A stretch of 64,000 nt of DNA, taken from the NCBI GenBank assembly GCA_040754455.1, contig JBFMCP010000002.1, forward strand, positions 32,001 through 96,000, in the 5' to 3' direction. The stretch's first letter is position 1; every line of letters begins with the position of its first letter. The stretch comes from Nitrospirota bacterium. GTDB lineage: Bacteria > Nitrospirota > Thermodesulfovibrionia > Thermodesulfovibrionales > Dissulfurispiraceae. Shown here piece after piece: positions 10,407 through 19,609 of this stretch. Both the position numbers and the translations under genes were made by a program. The notes beneath the pieces were generated by a model, which saw only the letters and a program-made list of their open reading frames with translations, was not told the origin of the DNA and ran no database searches.

Positions 10407-10988
10407 ATGACCGAGATAAAAGAGCTGAAAGTAGAAGATATTAAAAAAGCAGCTGAAGAAAAGAAGTGCCGGGTACAGCAGGGATTGTACTACATCACCG
10501 AGTTCCTTGCCGGCCCCATGTGCGGAAGATGCTTTCCGTGCGCCTTTGGAAGTTATGAGGCAAAACTCAGGCTGCTCAGCATTGCGGACGGCAAAGGGAC
10601 GGAAAACGATATTGCGGCACTGAAGCTGATCGCTGAGGAAATGGCTGAGGCTTCCATGTGCAAGAAGGGCAAAGATACTGCGGCATTCATCGCAGCGCTG
10701 GTTACCGACGGTGCCTTTGCCGAGCATATAGCGGGAACCTGTGCTTCAGGGCAATGCAGCGCCTTCATGGAATACAGGATCGTAGCCGACAACTGCACCG
10801 CCTGTGGCAAATGCAAGGAGGTCTGCACTCATAATGCCGTCTTCGGCGAAAAGGGAAAGCCCTTTGTACAGGGATATCCTTTCGAGATACGGCGGAAAAA
10901 GTGCACCCAGTGCGGTGAGTGCATCGCGGTCTGTCCTGAAAAGGCGATTATCTTTATCGGCAAGACATCCGAACCGGTACACACATAA
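10407..10988 (+). CDS. FeS protein: NuoF-type 4Fe-4S domain plus 2[4Fe-4S] ferredoxin
   Basis: CGRCFPC...SMCKKG, then CTACGKCKEVC and CTQCGECIAVCP. Confidence 0.8.
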   Translation: MTEIKELKVEDIKKAAEEKKCRVQQGLYYITEFLAGPMCGRCFPCAFGSYEAKLRLLSIADGKGTENDIAALKLIAEEMAEASMCKKGKDTAAFIAALVTDGAFAEHIAGTCASGQCSAFMEYRIVADNCTACGKCKEVCTHNAVFGEKGKPFVQGYPFEIRRKKCTQCGECIAVCPEKAIIFIGKTSEPVHT

Positions 10989-11053
10989 TATAGAGCCCGT
11001 AACGCGTCATGCGTTATGCGTAACGAGCAACCCGAATAAGGAGGACGAATTAC

Positions 11054-13087
11054 ATGGCAGAGATGGTTAAATTCACAATAGATGGCAAAGAGGCGAAGGC
11101 GCCGGAGGGCGTAAATCTGATCGAGGCTGCTGCATTAAACGGCGTGCATATCCCGAACCTCTGTTTTCTAAAGGGGCAGAAGGGCATCGGAGCATGCAGG
11201 CTCTGCCTCGTTGAGGTCGAGGGCATGAAGGCCCCCATGATCGGCTGCACTTCGAAGATCAAAGACGGCATGTCGATCAAGACCAACACCGAGAAGGTAC
11301 AGGAGATCAGGAAGTTCGTTATCGACCTTATTCTCTCCATGCATCCCCTCGACTGCATGACCTGCACCAAGGCGGGCGTCTGCAACCTCCAGCAGTATGC
11401 CTATGACCTGGGCATCAAAGAGTCCTCTTTCACCCGGAAGAAGTTCGGCTTCTCCATCGATGAAGCCAATCCGTTCATCAAGCGCGACCCCGACTACTGC
11501 GTCCTCTGTGGAAGGTGCGTGCGTGCCTGTAAAAGCCAGGGGACCGGCGTGCTCGAATTTATGGGAAGGGGCGTCGGCTCAAAAGTCACCACTGCCAACG
11601 ACAAGCCGCTCCAGGATTCGGGCTGCACATTTTGCGGAAGCTGCGTCGATGTATGCCCGGTAAATGCCCTGCTCGAGGCCGACCGCTGGCGCAAGGGAAG
11701 AGAGTGGGAGTACAAGAAGACCGACTCTGTCTGTACCCTCTGCGGGAACGGCTGTGATATCACCGTGAGCACGAAAGACGGCCAAGTGATGAAAGTGAAT
11801 GCAGGCGCCTCAAACGGCTCCGAGAGATACATTTGTGCATATGGACGTTTTGGTTTTGATTGTATTGAGGCTGATACGAGAGTCACCAAACCGATGCGGC
11901 GCTTGAACGGCTCGCTGAAGGAGACCACCTGGGAAGATGCGCTCGAGACTGCGGCAAAGGCGTTGAAGAAGGCGGGGAAGAACGCAGGCATCATCGCCTC
12001 TGCAGGCATCCTGAATGAAGATGCGCTTACCCTGAAGGAGTTTGCCTCAGCAGTAGTGAAGACGAAGAATGTGGATACTACGGCAAGCCTCTATGGCAAT
12101 GCGGCGACACTGGCCGGCAGCGCAGATATCAAGAGCGCCGATCTCTTTGTGGTTGTGGATCTGAATACCGACCAGCACACGAGGGTATTGCCTGCCCTCG
12201 ACGCGACCATCAGAAGAAAGGTGAACGGCGGCGCAAAGCTGATCACCATCAACGCGAATGAGACGGGACTTGCCGCAGTTGCAACCGTGGCGCTCGGCGG
12301 CAATGAGGCAGATGCATTGAAGGCAATCGCTAAAGCGCTTGCCGACAAAGGTCTGGTAAAGGATAAGAAGATGGCGGACGCCGTCAAAGGAACAACTGTC
12401 TCAGAGGCTGCGGGGAAGGCAGCTGACCTCTTTGCAGAGGCAAAGAATCCGGTCATCATCTCCTCGCCTGCCCTTTATGCTGCTGCGGCGAATCTGAGCC
12501 TGGTCAACGGCGCTGCGATCTCCGTCGGCATCGAGAGCAATGCAAAAGGTGTGATGATGATGGGTCTTGTCTCCTCCGGTAAGTCATATAAAGAAATGGC
12601 TGACGGTGCTACCGAGGTGCTCTACGCCATCGGTGAAGTCCCGATGACCGAGCGGCCCAAGGTAGACTTCCTCATCGTGCAGACTTCCCATATGACCAAG
12701 CTGGCCCAGCAGGCTGATGTGGTATTCCCCTCGGCAGCGTTCCTCGAGGCAGAGGGGACCATAGTGGACTATACCGGAAATGTGAAATATGTGGCCGAGG
12801 CCATCGAGCCGGCCGGCGACGCAAAGACGCACCGCGATATCATCACCGCTCTCGCAAAGGCGATCATGGGGACAAGCATGAAAGCTGCGAAGGAGAGCGA
12901 CACCAAGAAACTGGCGAAGGTAAAGACGAAGGTGTCTTTCGGTCCTTTTACTCGAGTGGAAGGATTTGACGTAAAGGTGGGCGAGATGATCGAGTCCGTC
13001 AATGCATCGGTCATTAACGGCTCACGGCTCCTCTGGCTCAAGGAGTCCAGAGTCGTGGCCGATAACAAAGTTGCAAAAGTAGCGTAG
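11054..13087 (+). CDS. NuoG/FdhA-like FeS subunit with degenerate molybdopterin domain
   Basis: 2Fe-2S (CF...GACRLC), HPLDCMTC, 2x4Fe-4S, CTLCGNGC...C. The position of the Mo-ligand Cys/Sec reads VDTTASLY. Confidence 0.85.
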   Translation: MAEMVKFTIDGKEAKAPEGVNLIEAAALNGVHIPNLCFLKGQKGIGACRLCLVEVEGMKAPMIGCTSKIKDGMSIKTNTEKVQEIRKFVIDLILSMHPLDCMTCTKAGVCNLQQYAYDLGIKESSFTRKKFGFSIDEANPFIKRDPDYCVLCGRCVRACKSQGTGVLEFMGRGVGSKVTTANDKPLQDSGCTFCGSCVDVCPVNALLEADRWRKGREWEYKKTDSVCTLCGNGCDITVSTKDGQVMKVNAGASNGSERYICAYGRFGFDCIEADTRVTKPMRRLNGSLKETTWEDALETAAKALKKAGKNAGIIASAGILNEDALTLKEFASAVVKTKNVDTTASLYGNAATLAGSADIKSADLFVVVDLNTDQHTRVLPALDATIRRKVNGGAKLITINANETGLAAVATVALGGNEADALKAIAKALADKGLVKDKKMADAVKGTTVSEAAGKAADLFAEAKNPVIISSPALYAAAANLSLVNGAAISVGIESNAKGVMMMGLVSSGKSYKEMADGATEVLYAIGEVPMTERPKVDFLIVQTSHMTKLAQQADVVFPSAAFLEAEGTIVDYTGNVKYVAEAIEPAGDAKTHRDIITALAKAIMGTSMKAAKESDTKKLAKVKTKVSFGPFTRVEGFDVKVGEMIESVNASVINGSRLLWLKESRVVADNKVAKVA

Positions 13088-13127
13088 CTCATTAACCAAG
13101 GGCATCCTGACCGTTGCCATAAATTCT

Positions 13128-13162
13128 GCCCCGTTCCTGCAAAGGGACGGGGCTCTTTTTTT
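13128..13162 (+). terminator. Intrinsic terminator
   Basis: GCCCCGTTCC/GGGACGGGGC hairpin followed by a T-tract. Confidence 0.8.
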
Positions 13163-13231
13163 ATCGGTTCCGAGAGAAGATATGGAATTTCGTCGCTAGT
13201 GTTCGGAATGAGGGGACGGGATAGTCTTCAT

Positions 13232-13264
13232 AAAAAAGCCGCCACAATACAGGGCGGCTTTTTT
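13232..13264. terminator. Bidirectional-type terminator
   Basis: AAAAAAGCCGCC-loop-GGCGGCTTTTTT. Confidence 0.8.
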
Positions 13265-13289
13265 ATCATTAACGGTTGCGCGTTGATCG

Positions 13290-13607
13290 TTACTTCATCG
13301 CTCCGCCCGAGAAATAGATTTTCTCAAAGGTACGGTTGAGGGTCTTGCTCGTGAAGTTGGTCATTTCGAGTCCTGCCTGGAACGATATGTCCTGTCCTTT
13401 TTTTACCTTCATTTGGGGCACTGCAACCCAGGTCTTCTGGCCGCTTTTATCTTTGATGAGGCAATAGGTGTAGCCGCCGCTGTCCATGGTCTCGACCACC
13501 TTGCCGGATAAGGAAGGTGCACCTGCAGGGTTGGCATACGCGGTCTGTCCTAATGAGAGGATTGCAAGGACAAACATACTACTTACTGCTGCGAGAAGCT
13601 TCTTCAT
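13290..13607 (-). CDS. Exported NrfJ-like/OB-fold small protein
   Basis: Signal peptide MKKLLAAV...AYA, then GKVVETMDSGGYTY...WVAVP...RTFEKIYF; AAGGAG RBS. Confidence 0.7.
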   Translation of the reverse strand: MKKLLAAVSSMFVLAILSLGQTAYANPAGAPSLSGKVVETMDSGGYTYCLIKDKSGQKTWVAVPQMKVKKGQDISFQAGLEMTNFTSKTLNRTFEKIYFSGGAMK

Positions 13608-13702
13608 ACGACTCTCCTTTTGTGTTGACATATGCTGATTACCGGAAGCAATGAGCATAGATATCATACCATAGTGCAATAATTGTTATCTGCTCTTGAA
13701 AC

Positions 13703-13736
13703 AAAAAAGCCGCCAAGAATTTCAGGCGGCTTTTTT
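13703..13736. terminator. Terminator downstream of nfnB
   Basis: AAAAAAGCCGCC-loop-GGCGGCTTTTTT. Confidence 0.8.
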
Positions 13737-13755
13737 GTTTGTTGATTGATGTTGC

Positions 13756-15204
13756 CTACCAGGTTGTTTCACCCTTCAGAAATTTGCAGATGTCCGCCGC
13801 TGCGCGCTTGCCGGCGCCCATGGCGCTGATGACGGTGGCCGCTCCGGTGACCACATCGCCGCCTGCCCAGACGCGCTGCTTCTTTGTCCTCCCGGTCGTC
13901 ATATCGGCAACAGCGGTGCCGTGCTTGGTCCGCTCCAGGCCTTCGGCATCGACGAAGACGATCGGGTTCGGGTTGGTGCCGAGCGCCATGATCACGGTGT
14001 CTACTTCCATCTCGAATTCGGAGCCGGCGATGGGAACAGGCTTCCTCCTGCCCGATGCATCGGGCTCACCCAGCTCCATCTTGATGCAGCGCATACCGAC
14101 GACTTTACCGGTGCTGTCACCGATAATCTCGGTAGGGTTGGTGAGGAGGTCGAAGATGATGCCCTCTTCCATAGCGTGATGCACCTCCTCTGCACGGGCA
14201 GGGATTTCATCCTTTGAGCGGCGATACACGATATGGACTTCGCCGGGCTGTGTACCGTTCTGTTGTGCGTGCAGGTGCTGGATGCGGGCACTGCAGCGGG
14301 CCGCGTCCATGGCGACATTGCCGGCGCCGATGACGGCGACCTTCCTGCCGGCCTTGACCGGCGTATCATAGTCCGGGAAGAGATATCCCTTCATCAGGTT
14401 GACACGGGTGAGGAACTCGTTGGCGGACATGACGCCGTTTAAATTGATACCGGGGATCCTCATGAACGACGGCAGACCAGCACCGGTGCCGAGAAATACG
14501 GCATCATATTCAGCCAGCAATTCATCCAGAGTGATAGTCCGTCCGATGACATGGTCGCTACGGATCTCGATGCCCAGGCAGTTTGCCGCGTAATCGATCT
14601 CACCATGGACTACTTTTTTGGGGAGGCGGAATTCGGGGATACCGTAGATCAGCACGCCGCCCGGGCCATGGAGCGATTCGAACATGGTGACCTTATGCCC
14701 CTCTCTCGCCACATCGACGGCACAGGTCAGACCGGCGGGGCCGGTCCCGACGACCGCCACCTTTTTGCCGGTAGCAGGAGCGGCGTTCAACGGGCAGGTG
14801 CGATGAGCCAGCTCGTAATCGCCGACGAACCGCTCGAGGCGGCCGATAGCGACCGGCTCGCCTTTCTTGCCGAGGATGCACTTGCCTTCGCACTGGTTCT
14901 CCTGCGGACATACCCTGCCGCAGATGGCAGGGAGATTGTTCTTTACCTTCATGGCCTCCACAGCCTTCGGCATATCGCCTTCACGGAGGGCTTTTATGAA
15001 CTGGGGAATGAGGACGCCGACAGGGCACCCTTCGGAGCAGAGCGGTTTTTTGCACTGCAGACAGCGCTCCGCCTCTTTTTTTGCGGTCTCTTCCGAATAG
15101 CCCAGGGCGACTTCATCAAAGTTTGTCCTGCGTACGTGCTCATCCTGGTGCGGCATCGGCTGCCGTGGTATCTTCATTCTTTCTTTGGTATCGAGCTCAG
15201 CCAT
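13756..15204 (-). CDS. nfnB: NADH-dependent reduced ferredoxin:NADP+ oxidoreductase large subunit (GltD/SudA-like)
   Basis: EAERCLQC...CPV, CGRVCPQE.QCE, GTGPAGL, GAGNVAMDAAR; paired with nfnA. Confidence 0.88.
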   Translation of the reverse strand: MAELDTKERMKIPRQPMPHQDEHVRRTNFDEVALGYSEETAKKEAERCLQCKKPLCSEGCPVGVLIPQFIKALREGDMPKAVEAMKVKNNLPAICGRVCPQENQCEGKCILGKKGEPVAIGRLERFVGDYELAHRTCPLNAAPATGKKVAVVGTGPAGLTCAVDVAREGHKVTMFESLHGPGGVLIYGIPEFRLPKKVVHGEIDYAANCLGIEIRSDHVIGRTITLDELLAEYDAVFLGTGAGLPSFMRIPGINLNGVMSANEFLTRVNLMKGYLFPDYDTPVKAGRKVAVIGAGNVAMDAARCSARIQHLHAQQNGTQPGEVHIVYRRSKDEIPARAEEVHHAMEEGIIFDLLTNPTEIIGDSTGKVVGMRCIKMELGEPDASGRRKPVPIAGSEFEMEVDTVIMALGTNPNPIVFVDAEGLERTKHGTAVADMTTGRTKKQRVWAGGDVVTGAATVISAMGAGKRAAADICKFLKGETTW

Positions 15205-16070
15205 TATTTCCCTCCCTCAGCAACTGCTTTATCGAGATTGCAGATATGATTTTTGTAATGGTCGACAGAGATTTTTTCCTCTTCTTTATAGAAGGACAGC
15301 CGGGACAGAAGATTACCCCAGTCGACCTTGTGGCCGTCGAACTCAGGGCCGTCGACGCAGACGAACTGCGCGCCGTCTTCGAGGAGCACACGGCAACCGC
15401 CGCACATGCCCGTGCCGTCGATCATGATGGTGTTGAGGCTCACAATGGTCGGCACGCCGAACGGCTTGGTGGTCTGTGATACGAATTTCATCATGACGGC
15501 AGGACCGATAGCCCAGACCTTTACGACCTTGCGGTTTTTATCTTCCAGAATCTCCTTGAGCGGCTCGGTGACCAATGCCTTGCGGCCGTAGGAGCCGTCG
15601 TCGGTGCAGACATGGAGCTCATCGGAGACCGCCTTCATTTTATCTTCCCAGAACAACAGGCCTTTGGTACGGGCACCGATGATCGAGATGACCTCGTTGC
15701 CCGCCTCTTTGAGGGCACGTGCTATAGGGTAAATGGGGGCGATGCCGACGCCGCCGCCCATGCAGACGACAGTCCCGAAGTTTCCGACCTCGGTGGGATG
15801 GCCGAGGGGGCCGACAAAGGTAGAGACCGAGTCACCGACCTTCATGGTGCCGAGCTGCATGGTGGATTTGCCTACCTCCTGAAAGATGATGGTGATGGTG
15901 CCTGCCTTGCGGTCGAAATCCGCAATAGTCAGGGGAACCCGCTCACCGTGTTCATCAATGCGGATGATGATGAACTGCCCGGCCTTTGCCTTCTGAGCAA
16001 CATGGGGCGCCTGGATCACCATGAGCTTGGTGACATCACTGAGTACCTGTTTTTCCAGGATTTTATACAT
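15204..16070 (-). CDS. nfnA: Nfn small subunit (FAD/NAD-binding, 2Fe-2S; SudB-like)
   Basis: GERVPLTIAD, GGGVGIAP, DGTGMCGGCR...CVDGPEF. Confidence 0.9.
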   Translation of the reverse strand: MYKILEKQVLSDVTKLMVIQAPHVAQKAKAGQFIIIRIDEHGERVPLTIADFDRKAGTITIIFQEVGKSTMQLGTMKVGDSVSTFVGPLGHPTEVGNFGTVVCMGGGVGIAPIYPIARALKEAGNEVISIIGARTKGLLFWEDKMKAVSDELHVCTDDGSYGRKALVTEPLKEILEDKNRKVVKVWAIGPAVMMKFVSQTTKPFGVPTIVSLNTIMIDGTGMCGGCRVLLEDGAQFVCVDGPEFDGHKVDWGNLLSRLSFYKEEEKISVDHYKNHICNLDKAVAEGGK

Positions 16071-16325
16071 TATAAGCCTCCTTGAAGTGAGTTGTCTTGA
16101 TCGTCTGCTGTCTGAAATGAGACAAAGAAGGGGGTGCCGTTGGGTGGATGCGGTATCCTGCCGGTAGGGACTCCCTGTATGTTAAGGCAATTGAACACAT
16201 GGTGGTACCTTCTATATTTACTAATCGCTTTATAAGAAAAATTAATGCCAATTACATCATAATAACATACGCTTCGCTTTATCGTCTATTATTTTTAAGT
16301 AGAAAAGCCCATCTCGATAAGTAAG

Positions 16326-17408
16326 TTAGCTCTGGAGTAGCGGAGGGGTCTTCCCTATGAGCTGTACTTCAGGGGCGAGCAATATTCCGAACTCCCCTTT
16401 CACTCTCTCCTGAACCCGCCGTGCAAAGACGATGACTTCCTCGGCTGTTGCGGCATCATAGTTGACAATGGCGAGGGTATGTCGGGGTGATATGCCCACA
16501 TTCCCCTTACGGTATCCGCGCATGAATCCGGCGGACTGAATGAGAAAGGCGGCAGAGACTTTTACTTCACCCGAAGCCTGCGGCCACGCCCAGTTTTGTG
16601 GACTCTCTGTGTTCCGTAGCGCTGCTTTGAGATGCTCGTAGTGCTCCGAAGAGATGATGGGATTCTTGAAGAATGATCCGGCGCTCTTCAGTCGGTCATA
16701 ACCATCGAGCACGAGCAGCCCTTTCGTGTTTCTGATGGTGAGGACCGCCTCGCGTACCTGGGAGAGCGTGACACCGGTTGCGCCGGCAAAATGATTTTTC
16801 AGGTCATGGTAGGTGATATGCGGGGGCGCGTTTCTATTGAGGGTGAAGGCCACCCTAGTGATGAGATACCGTCCGGCAGCCGTCGAGTTGAAGATGCTTT
16901 TCCGGTAAGCAAACCGGCATGTCTCCTTGGTAAAGAGCGTTTTCTCGCCTGTCCGTGCATCGAAAGCATGGACTTCGTCAACAATATCATCGGCGCTCTG
17001 TCCGTAGGCGCCTATGTTCTGTACCGGCGCAGCGCCCACGGTGCCTGGAACGCCCGAGAGGCATTCTGCTCCCTGCCAATTGTTATCAACACAGAGCTTT
17101 GTGAAGGCGTCCCAGTCTTCGCCTGCACCTGCAGTCACCGTAACTTTTTCGTTATGTATACGATGCGCGAGCCCTTTTATCCTGTTGAGAATGACGAGCC
17201 CCGGGAATCCATCATCGCTTATCAGGATATTGCTTCCGCCTCCGAGGATAAAGAGATCGGCACTGTATTTGGCAGCGAAGGAAAGAGCCTCCTGCGCCTC
17301 ATCTTCCGTAGTAATGACTGCGAAATAGCGGGCCGGCCCGCCGATGTTGAAGGTGGTCAACTCCTTGAGCGGATAATGTTCCTTTATTTCTAAACGAGAG
17401 GTCTTCAT
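16326..17408 (-). CDS. murB: UDP-N-acetylenolpyruvoylglucosamine reductase
   Basis: LGGGSNIL, PGTVGAAPVQNIGAYG, SAGSFFKNP. Confidence 0.95.
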   Translation of the reverse strand: MKTSRLEIKEHYPLKELTTFNIGGPARYFAVITTEDEAQEALSFAAKYSADLFILGGGSNILISDDGFPGLVILNRIKGLAHRIHNEKVTVTAGAGEDWDAFTKLCVDNNWQGAECLSGVPGTVGAAPVQNIGAYGQSADDIVDEVHAFDARTGEKTLFTKETCRFAYRKSIFNSTAAGRYLITRVAFTLNRNAPPHITYHDLKNHFAGATGVTLSQVREAVLTIRNTKGLLVLDGYDRLKSAGSFFKNPIISSEHYEHLKAALRNTESPQNWAWPQASGEVKVSAAFLIQSAGFMRGYRKGNVGISPRHTLAIVNYDAATAEEVIVFARRVQERVKGEFGILLAPEVQLIGKTPPLLQS

Positions 17409-17541
17409 AATCAGCTTATTATACCATTACAAATCTGAACAAGACGAAAAGCGCATAGAGCATAGAGGTTACTGCCATATTCCTGAATATAAACTTTTCC
17501 CCTTTGCCCTATGCTCTTTGCCCGATAGCCGGGGACACGCA

Positions 17542-17571
17542 TTGACACGGTATTTTACAAACCTATACAAT
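17542..17571 (+). promoter_or_regulatory. Sigma70 promoter upstream of hisG
   Basis: TTGACA-18 bp-TACAAT. Confidence 0.6.
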
Positions 17572-17634
17572 AATTGATTCAAAATTATGACGAAAAAAAA
17601 CAAAAAATAGGAACCAAGTGAGGGTACACGCATC

Positions 17635-18519
17635 ATGAATGGCAAGAAGAATACGCTGAAACTCGGACTTCCCAAGGGCAGTCTCCAGGAATCGACGCTC
17701 AAGCTTTTCAGGAAGGCGGGATACCATATCAGTGTTTCTTCCCGCTCGTACTACCCTGTATTCGATGATCAGGAGATAGGCTCTATGCTCATCAGGGCCC
17801 AGGAAATGGCGCGGTATGTCGAGGACGGACATCTCGATTGCGGCCTGACCGGAAAGGACTGGATCCTCGAGCAGAATGCCGATGTGGTCGAAGTAGCCGA
17901 GCTCCGTTATGCAAAAGAAGGTTTTAGGCCGGTGCGCTGGGTGATCGCGGTGCCCAATGATTCGAAGATAAAGACCATAAAGGACCTCCAGGGCAAGCGC
18001 ATTGCCACCGAGCTTGTCGGCTATACCAAACGTTACCTTATGTCGAAGGGGATCAAGGCCGAGGTCGATTTCTCTTGGGGGGCGACAGAGGTGAAGCCTC
18101 CCCACCTTGCGGATGCTATTGTCGAGCTTACCGAGACGGGCAATTCATTGAGAGCAAATAACCTGAGGATCGTCGAGACGATGATCGAGTCCACGACGCG
18201 CTTCATCGCGAACAAGAGGGCGTGGCAGGATAAGTGGAAGCGGCAGAAGATGGAGAATCTCGCACTGCTGCTCCAAGGAGCGCTGGCTGCCGAAGAGAAG
18301 GTGGGGCTCAAGATGAATGTGCCCGAGAAGGCCTTCAAGAAGGTCTTGAGCCTGCTCTCGGCGATGCACTCCCCGACGATCTCCTCTCTTACCGATACCG
18401 GATGGTATGCTGTTGATGTTATTACTGACGAGAGGACGGTCCGGGATATAATCCCGAAACTGAAAGGCGCCGGCGCATCCGGCATCGTCGAGTATCCGTT
18501 GAACAAGGTAATCCCATAA
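17635..18519 (+). CDS. hisG: ATP phosphoribosyltransferase (long form)
   Basis: [23 protein letters not shown]-terminal SPTIS regulatory domain. Confidence 0.95.
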   Translation: MNGKKNTLKLGLPKGSLQESTLKLFRKAGYHISVSSRSYYPVFDDQEIGSMLIRAQEMARYVEDGHLDCGLTGKDWILEQNADVVEVAELRYAKEGFRPVRWVIAVPNDSKIKTIKDLQGKRIATELVGYTKRYLMSKGIKAEVDFSWGATEVKPPHLADAIVELTETGNSLRANNLRIVETMIESTTRFIANKRAWQDKWKRQKMENLALLLQGALAAEEKVGLKMNVPEKAFKKVLSLLSAMHSPTISSLTDTGWYAVDVITDERTVRDIIPKLKGAGASGIVEYPLNKVIP

Positions 18520-18572
18520 AGAGACGGTACAGCGTCGGGTGTCGTGCGCTCAGCGCTTGACGCGATAACGCA

Positions 18573-19478
18573 ATGGACACAATAAACGCATATAGCATAA
18601 AAGTCCCCGTCTTCGAGGGCCCTCTCGATCTCCTTCTGCATCTCATCAAGCAGGACAAGATCGATATCTACGATATCCCCATTTCCCATATTACCCGGCA
18701 ATATCTCGAATATATCGAGATGATGAAGGAGCTCAATCTCGAAATCGCTTCCGAATTCCTCGTGATGGCGGCAACGCTTATCTATATCAAATCACGCATG
18801 CTCCTCCCTCCTGATGAGACGATCGAGACCGAGGCGCAGGAAGACCCGCGGGCAGGTCTTGTCCAGAGGCTTCTCGAATACCAGGCGATCAAGGAGGCAT
18901 CCGCCTCCCTGAAAGAGAGGGAAGCGATCTGGACAAATATCCTCTCGAAAGAGCCGATGAAGGACGAAGACCTCATGGCCGGTGAGGGAACGGAACTGCT
19001 GCTCTTCGAGGTGAATCTCTTTGATCTCCTCGGCGCTCTGCAAAAGATCATCAAGAAGGCGCCGACCGAGGCGATAACGATTACGAAAGCGACGCTTACC
19101 GTCAAGGATAAAATTGCGCTCATCCTCGAAAAGATGGAGACGGAGCACACCATGCGTTTTGACGCCCTCTTCGAGGAGGACAGGACAAAGGTGCAGATCA
19201 TCGTCACCTTCCTCGCCCTTCTCGAACTCCTGCGGCTGAAGCTGATGCGGGCGTACCAAGACAAAGAGTTCGGCGTCATATGGATCATGCGGCAGCAGGA
19301 TGATATCTCACCAGCAGGGGACCACCACACGCAGGTTGTCGATGAGCAGGAATCCCGCGCCACGGAACCTGTCTCGGCTGATATCGCCTCGGAGGATTCT
19401 GAGAGCCGGGAATACACCGGGAGCAATAACGGCAATGGCGACGTAGCGCCTGAATCCTCCAATGGAGACGTCCTTTAG
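18573..19478 (+). CDS. scpA: Segregation and condensation protein A
   Basis: FEGPLDLLLHLI, EFLVMAATL...KSRMLLP, TFLALLEL; acidic tail. Confidence 0.93.
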   Translation: MDTINAYSIKVPVFEGPLDLLLHLIKQDKIDIYDIPISHITRQYLEYIEMMKELNLEIASEFLVMAATLIYIKSRMLLPPDETIETEAQEDPRAGLVQRLLEYQAIKEASASLKEREAIWTNILSKEPMKDEDLMAGEGTELLLFEVNLFDLLGALQKIIKKAPTEAITITKATLTVKDKIALILEKMETEHTMRFDALFEEDRTKVQIIVTFLALLELLRLKLMRAYQDKEFGVIWIMRQQDDISPAGDHHTQVVDEQESRATEPVSADIASEDSESREYTGSNNGNGDVAPESSNGDVL

Positions 19479-19575
19479 GGCCTTTTCCCCTACAAAGGTC
19501 CCTGCGAAGGCAGCGGACGTTGTCAGAAGAAGCAGCGCATTCAAATAGTATAGTAAATGGAGAGGAAGCGGGATG

Positions 19576-19601
19576 GAGGGGCGGAACATAGTCCGCCCCT
19601 C
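19576..19601. terminator. Hairpin between convergent genes
   Basis: 10-bp stem GAGGGGCGGA/TCCGCCCCTC; no clear U-tract. Confidence 0.45.
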
Positions 19602-19609
19602 GTGTGGTG

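Noticed and set aside
10996..11028. Heptamer-like repeats (also near 17450-17520 and 29666-29697)
   Set aside because: Short degenerate repeats without unique spacers; not CRISPR, and no function can be supported.
11054..13087. Formate dehydrogenase, [FeFe]-hydrogenase or selenoprotein call
   Set aside because: No Cys/Sec at the Mo-ligand position, no in-frame TGA and no H-cluster motifs.
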